A stretch of 64,000 nucleotides of DNA from Pseudovirgaria hyperparasitica (taxonomy: Eukaryota). Below, piece by piece: positions 61,601-64,000 of this stretch. Under the pieces are notes generated by a model. The model was given only the letters and a program-made list of their open reading frames with translations. It did no database searches and was not told where the DNA came from. Location of the stretch: NCBI GenBank assembly GCA_010093815.1, contig ML996577.1, one strand, 5' to 3'. Every line of letters starts with the position of its first letter. The stretch's first letter is position 1. Position numbers and translations under genes: made by a program.

Positions 61601-64000
61601 ATCCGGATGCGTCAGTGCAAGCCTCCTCGATGCCTGGAACTGAGCGTCTTTGTACACTGCGATCGTTTTGTCGGAAATGCTGATGTCGAGTTCTTGTAAC
61701 TTGGAGTTCCTCCCGTGCCGCTCCTCCATTATCCGCAATAAGCGTAAAGACTTGGCACGAAGATGATTATTCTCGTGGCCTAGAGTATGAAGACCGGCAC
61801 TCAAGACTTTCCAGAACGGGAGCGAGATAGTATCGTTCTCAAACAGGACTTGGGTTACAACCTCGAAGTAGCTCTCCAGTGCTTTCGAGGAAGTAGCCAT
61901 GTAGCACTTGTCTATCATCAGGGACACCAGTCGGGGATGATCAGCATTATGTATGATTAGATTGTTCAGAGCTTTCCGTCCCGTCGCTCTGGTTCTATCG
62001 CTTGCATCATTGAATATCATCTCAATCCAGGAAAGTATTCGCGCAAAGTCGAAGGTGAGTGTGACTTTACTGTCAGTCGTGATGCTGAGAGGACCTCCAC
62101 ATAGCGCTGCCATGGCACTTAAGGCTGCAGTGCGGAGATTCCGCTTCTCGATTTCCATGGCCGCCGTTGCAATTCCCTTGTTCGTCAAGTCGTCTCGATC
62201 AAGTACAGAACGCCTCATCTGGTCCTCGCGCTGTCGTACTTGTGATGGGTTGGGTGAGAAACCACACCAATCCTCCATCAAGGAGAACGCAGCTTTGCGA
62301 GCTTGAAAGGGCATCCAAGATAGTGGATCCGCAGTCTTGTTGATGCCTTCAAAGAGCTCCTCCATCAGTCCACAATAGTGAGTCCGTAGCTTCTGGAATT
62401 CCCACTCAGCCTGGACTTCAGCATCATTAAGGAATAGTCGTAGGTCCTTCGCGTATGTGACGAGATTGACCAAGATGTCTGGGTCGTTGCGGATGCTCGG
62501 CTCTTCTAGAAACCGAGCTGTAAGTTTGTAGACATGAGTAATTTCTGTACGAAGGTGATCCGTTCGTCGACTTCGGCGTGGGCTACTCATTGTACGTTGA
62601 TGCGGTGCCAAGCGTAATTTCGCCTCTTCACTGCAAGTTGTAACGTGACCAGCGAGACATTCGAGCAGAGTGCGGTAGATCTGGACGTTTATTGAGCCAA
62701 GGCCGATGACAGCAGCTTCTCGAATAGATGGATTAGAGGCTGATAAGAACGGAAGCACTCGAGCAAACAGTTCATCTGCAGTCTGAACCTTGTTGGAGCT
62801 CTTTTGGGACGATCTCGAACTCTTCCTAGTATGCTGAGACACCAGAACAACAGTGTTCTGAGGGCCACCGATGCTCATCATGGTCGTGCACGCAAATATG
62901 AGGTATAATTTCCATTGCTCGATCACCAATTCCGGAGAGGTACTGGCCAGCCTATTGACGCTCCTATTGGCCCCAGGCTCGAAGCCAGGATATGGACTCG
63001 CTCTTTGGCCGTCCGCTAGAGTTGCAATCGTGCGCTGCAGCTGAATCAGTCTTCCACATACAATGTCTCTCGTCAGGGCAGCTGTAATTTGAGATAGCTC
63101 GAAGCACATCTTGGCCAGATTTGGGAAGACTTTGAACCATAGAGTGAAATCATAAGTCGTCTCGCTGGTACAAAGCTCGATTAGGGTGCTGTGCGAGTTG
63201 CTCTTTCTCATGCCCCTCTGTAAGCGACTCCTCTCTGCCAATGACAACTTCTCATCGTGGACATTGAGAACTTTGTCGGGACTTCCTTCCATGAGGAGGA
63301 TTATCCTGGCAGTGTTGCTGAAATTGAGTGCCGTATCGAACTCTGTCACAAGTCTCAATACTTTGATAGCGTATGATCGTACTCTTCTCGCAGGCGAACA
63401 GAGAAAGAAAAGTCCATGTGACTCCACTTCATCCGCATGATGACTGAGTGCTGTCTGGTCTAGTCCAGCACCACGTTTGCTAGCGACAAAATCGTCGACG
63501 GATGCGTTGGCGACTTTTTTCTTTTTCGAACGAATGTCTTCGATCCAGATCTCTAGTAGCTCTACATACAGCTTTAGGGTATTCTCAATGTGAGCAGGGC
63601 CAAGCATGCCACCGTCGGACATGGTCGAATACCTGTCATCGAAGTTGAAGATGAATCTGGCGAAGCCAAGTGTCACAAGCTGAGCGTACGACAAATGGTG
63701 CGGATGAGCTTGACGAGCGATCGCTTTAAGTGATTGTGCTGACGATTGTGCAATGTCTTTCCGGACATGAGCGGTCCCGGTGCACAGTAGGTTCAATACA
63801 ACGCTGAATTGAGTTTGGGACGGAAGGCAGCGCGGCAAAGCCTGGACAGATACATGTAGTAGATCGTAGAACCCTGCGCGGAAGTCAGGAGAGTTTTGAT
63901 ATTCATCGCGGCGCGTAAAGTTAAACGCTTCTGCCATAGGCGTCTTTGGAGTCGGTACTGCAAACTTTTCGTCTAAAACAGCTTGACCTCCAAACGTGAC
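58655..64000 (-). CDS. TAO3: RAM/MOR network scaffold Tao3/Pag1 (Furry-like); 5' part beyond the window
   Basis: More than 1760 codons of open, HEAT-like helical sequence: IEQWKLYLIFAC, WATSCHVRHLACRSIQAFR, YPQLFW and DLISPLLRLLQTEYC. Confidence 0.93.
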   Translation of the reverse strand, partial: VTFGGQAVLDEKFAVPTPKTPMAEAFNFTRRDEYQNSPDFRAGFYDLLHVSVQALPRCLPSQTQFSVVLNLLCTGTAHVRKDIAQSSAQSLKAIARQAHPHHLSYAQLVTLGFARFIFNFDDRYSTMSDGGMLGPAHIENTLKLYVELLEIWIEDIRSKKKKVANASVDDFVASKRGAGLDQTALSHHADEVESHGLFFLCSPARRVRSYAIKVLRLVTEFDTALNFSNTARIILLMEGSPDKVLNVHDEKLSLAERSRLQRGMRKSNSHSTLIELCTSETTYDFTLWFKVFPNLAKMCFELSQITAALTRDIVCGRLIQLQRTIATLADGQRASPYPGFEPGANRSVNRLASTSPELVIEQWKLYLIFACTTMMSIGGPQNTVVLVSQHTRKSSRSSQKSSNKVQTADELFARVLPFLSASNPSIREAAVIGLGSINVQIYRTLLECLAGHVTTCSEEAKLRLAPHQRTMSSPRRSRRTDHLRTEITHVYKLTARFLEEPSIRNDPDILVNLVTYAKDLRLFLNDAEVQAEWEFQKLRTHYCGLMEELFEGINKTADPLSWMPFQARKAAFSLMEDWCGFSPNPSQVRQREDQMRRSVLDRDDLTNKGIATAAMEIEKRNLRTAALSAMAALCGGPLSITTDSKVTLTFDFARILSWIEMIFNDASDRTRATGRKALNNLIIHNADHPRLVSLMIDKCYMATSSKALESYFEVVTQVLFENDTISLPFWKVLSAGLHTLGHENNHLRAKSLRLLRIMEERHGRNSKLQELDISISDKTIAVYKDAQFQASRRLALTHPDLAFHVFSEFSSHFNSLLPDHQRNMVAAMLPWIQTIELQLDPSGGPAVGSYMILSNMFEITVRSGNALHNEIQALWQALATGPHAGNVQLILDFFIFLCLEKREQNFVDYARQIVVYLSSTPAGSKVVEFLLLQINPRAMLFEKKEAMPPPFEITPLPYMADLSAVLPSSSKQYNFTLGMLCLILLVDLVVPPVQIAREHIPLLLEVIIILWDYHIPLVQDQAREMLIHLIHEQVLSKIEDGDEYVDKRPIEDFIEAIRRSDASLIWAYEANNGKSEEDNAHDRIPEGMNYVTNEVVRVFDIKYPGIQEEWGKVTLNWATSCHVRHLACRSIQAFRSILSFLDQGMLADIFARLSNTISDDANELQIFTMEILITIRKIIEYLQKDDLIRYPQLFWTACACLNTVHESEFMESMLMLDKLLDKMDLSDPATVQTLLDAKPEKWEGMFDGLSSLLYKGVRSSVCLDRTLRLLQRLVTLPSNELVGDDSRLAFVIFANLPRFLQVFDAGEIYHTTSLVAEQLATVANTQGHSNLCAILEHFAAQRYRNEHDFLAQAVSALSTAFFPELEFRVLTLLISLLASKLTWVKINTMQLLCMLIPHIDMRRAEIVSKGPDLISPLLRLLQTEYCPNALEVLDLVMDISGTTTPLDKAHMRMSMAGSHTTREFRKEYEKTASLYGIPEETGWSIPMPAVRSLETRANVSAVWATCAPADNSEEAHVITPKIEFRNEESPFSPAFAAESRTATMTSEHHPDDGHMGELVLKLDSLDDFFGDDDDDGGDLTPNIPGHSPVTTFSHSALDVRENIYDQQTLPILHKSLERNASVSSFQSGFADHRGPRDPAIMTPTAFSSTAAALQVGPPAPRPGLHSRSITSPASTLPQRTPPGGGTFLDETEELFSDDETLVARPGGPDKPFFLETMIRPMAAGARSGFNRGIRRLTGGNAEAKERERSKEMVRREAQEMSPQVPKVPDFYLNRDPKSAEM

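Overview
Gene-dense, intron-containing DNA from a filamentous ascomycete (Pezizomycotina; Eurotiomycete-like by protein style, which is inference). Conserved genes in order: GLT1 (3' part off the window), CHZ1, Rho-GDI, a Bqt4-like APSES/KilA-N protein, GID8, uridine kinase, alcohol dehydrogenase, mitochondrial S12, eIF2B-alpha, SreA, a CSC1/OSCA channel, POP4, PAN6, DBP7, a secreted Cys-rich protein, TVP15, an AAA ATPase and TAO3/PAG1 (5' part off the window). A 14.4-kb AT-rich block (21863-36242) is a RIP-mutated Ty3/Gypsy LTR retrotransposon with 132-bp LTRs and a 4-bp CTGA target duplication. A complete Tad-like LINE is nested in its RT gene. Most notable unexplained structures: (i) an apparently spliced antisense extra gene in the 3' region of the Gypsy element; (ii) a 331-codon ORF or alternative first exon inside the 1.5-kb first intron of Rho-GDI; (iii) two candidate box C/D snoRNAs in consecutive GID8 introns; (iv) an identical perfect 31-nt hairpin near both ends of the LINE; (v) a secreted protein with aerolysin-like beta-strand patterning. 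Gene models and family calls come from manual reading and recalled motifs; no searches were run.
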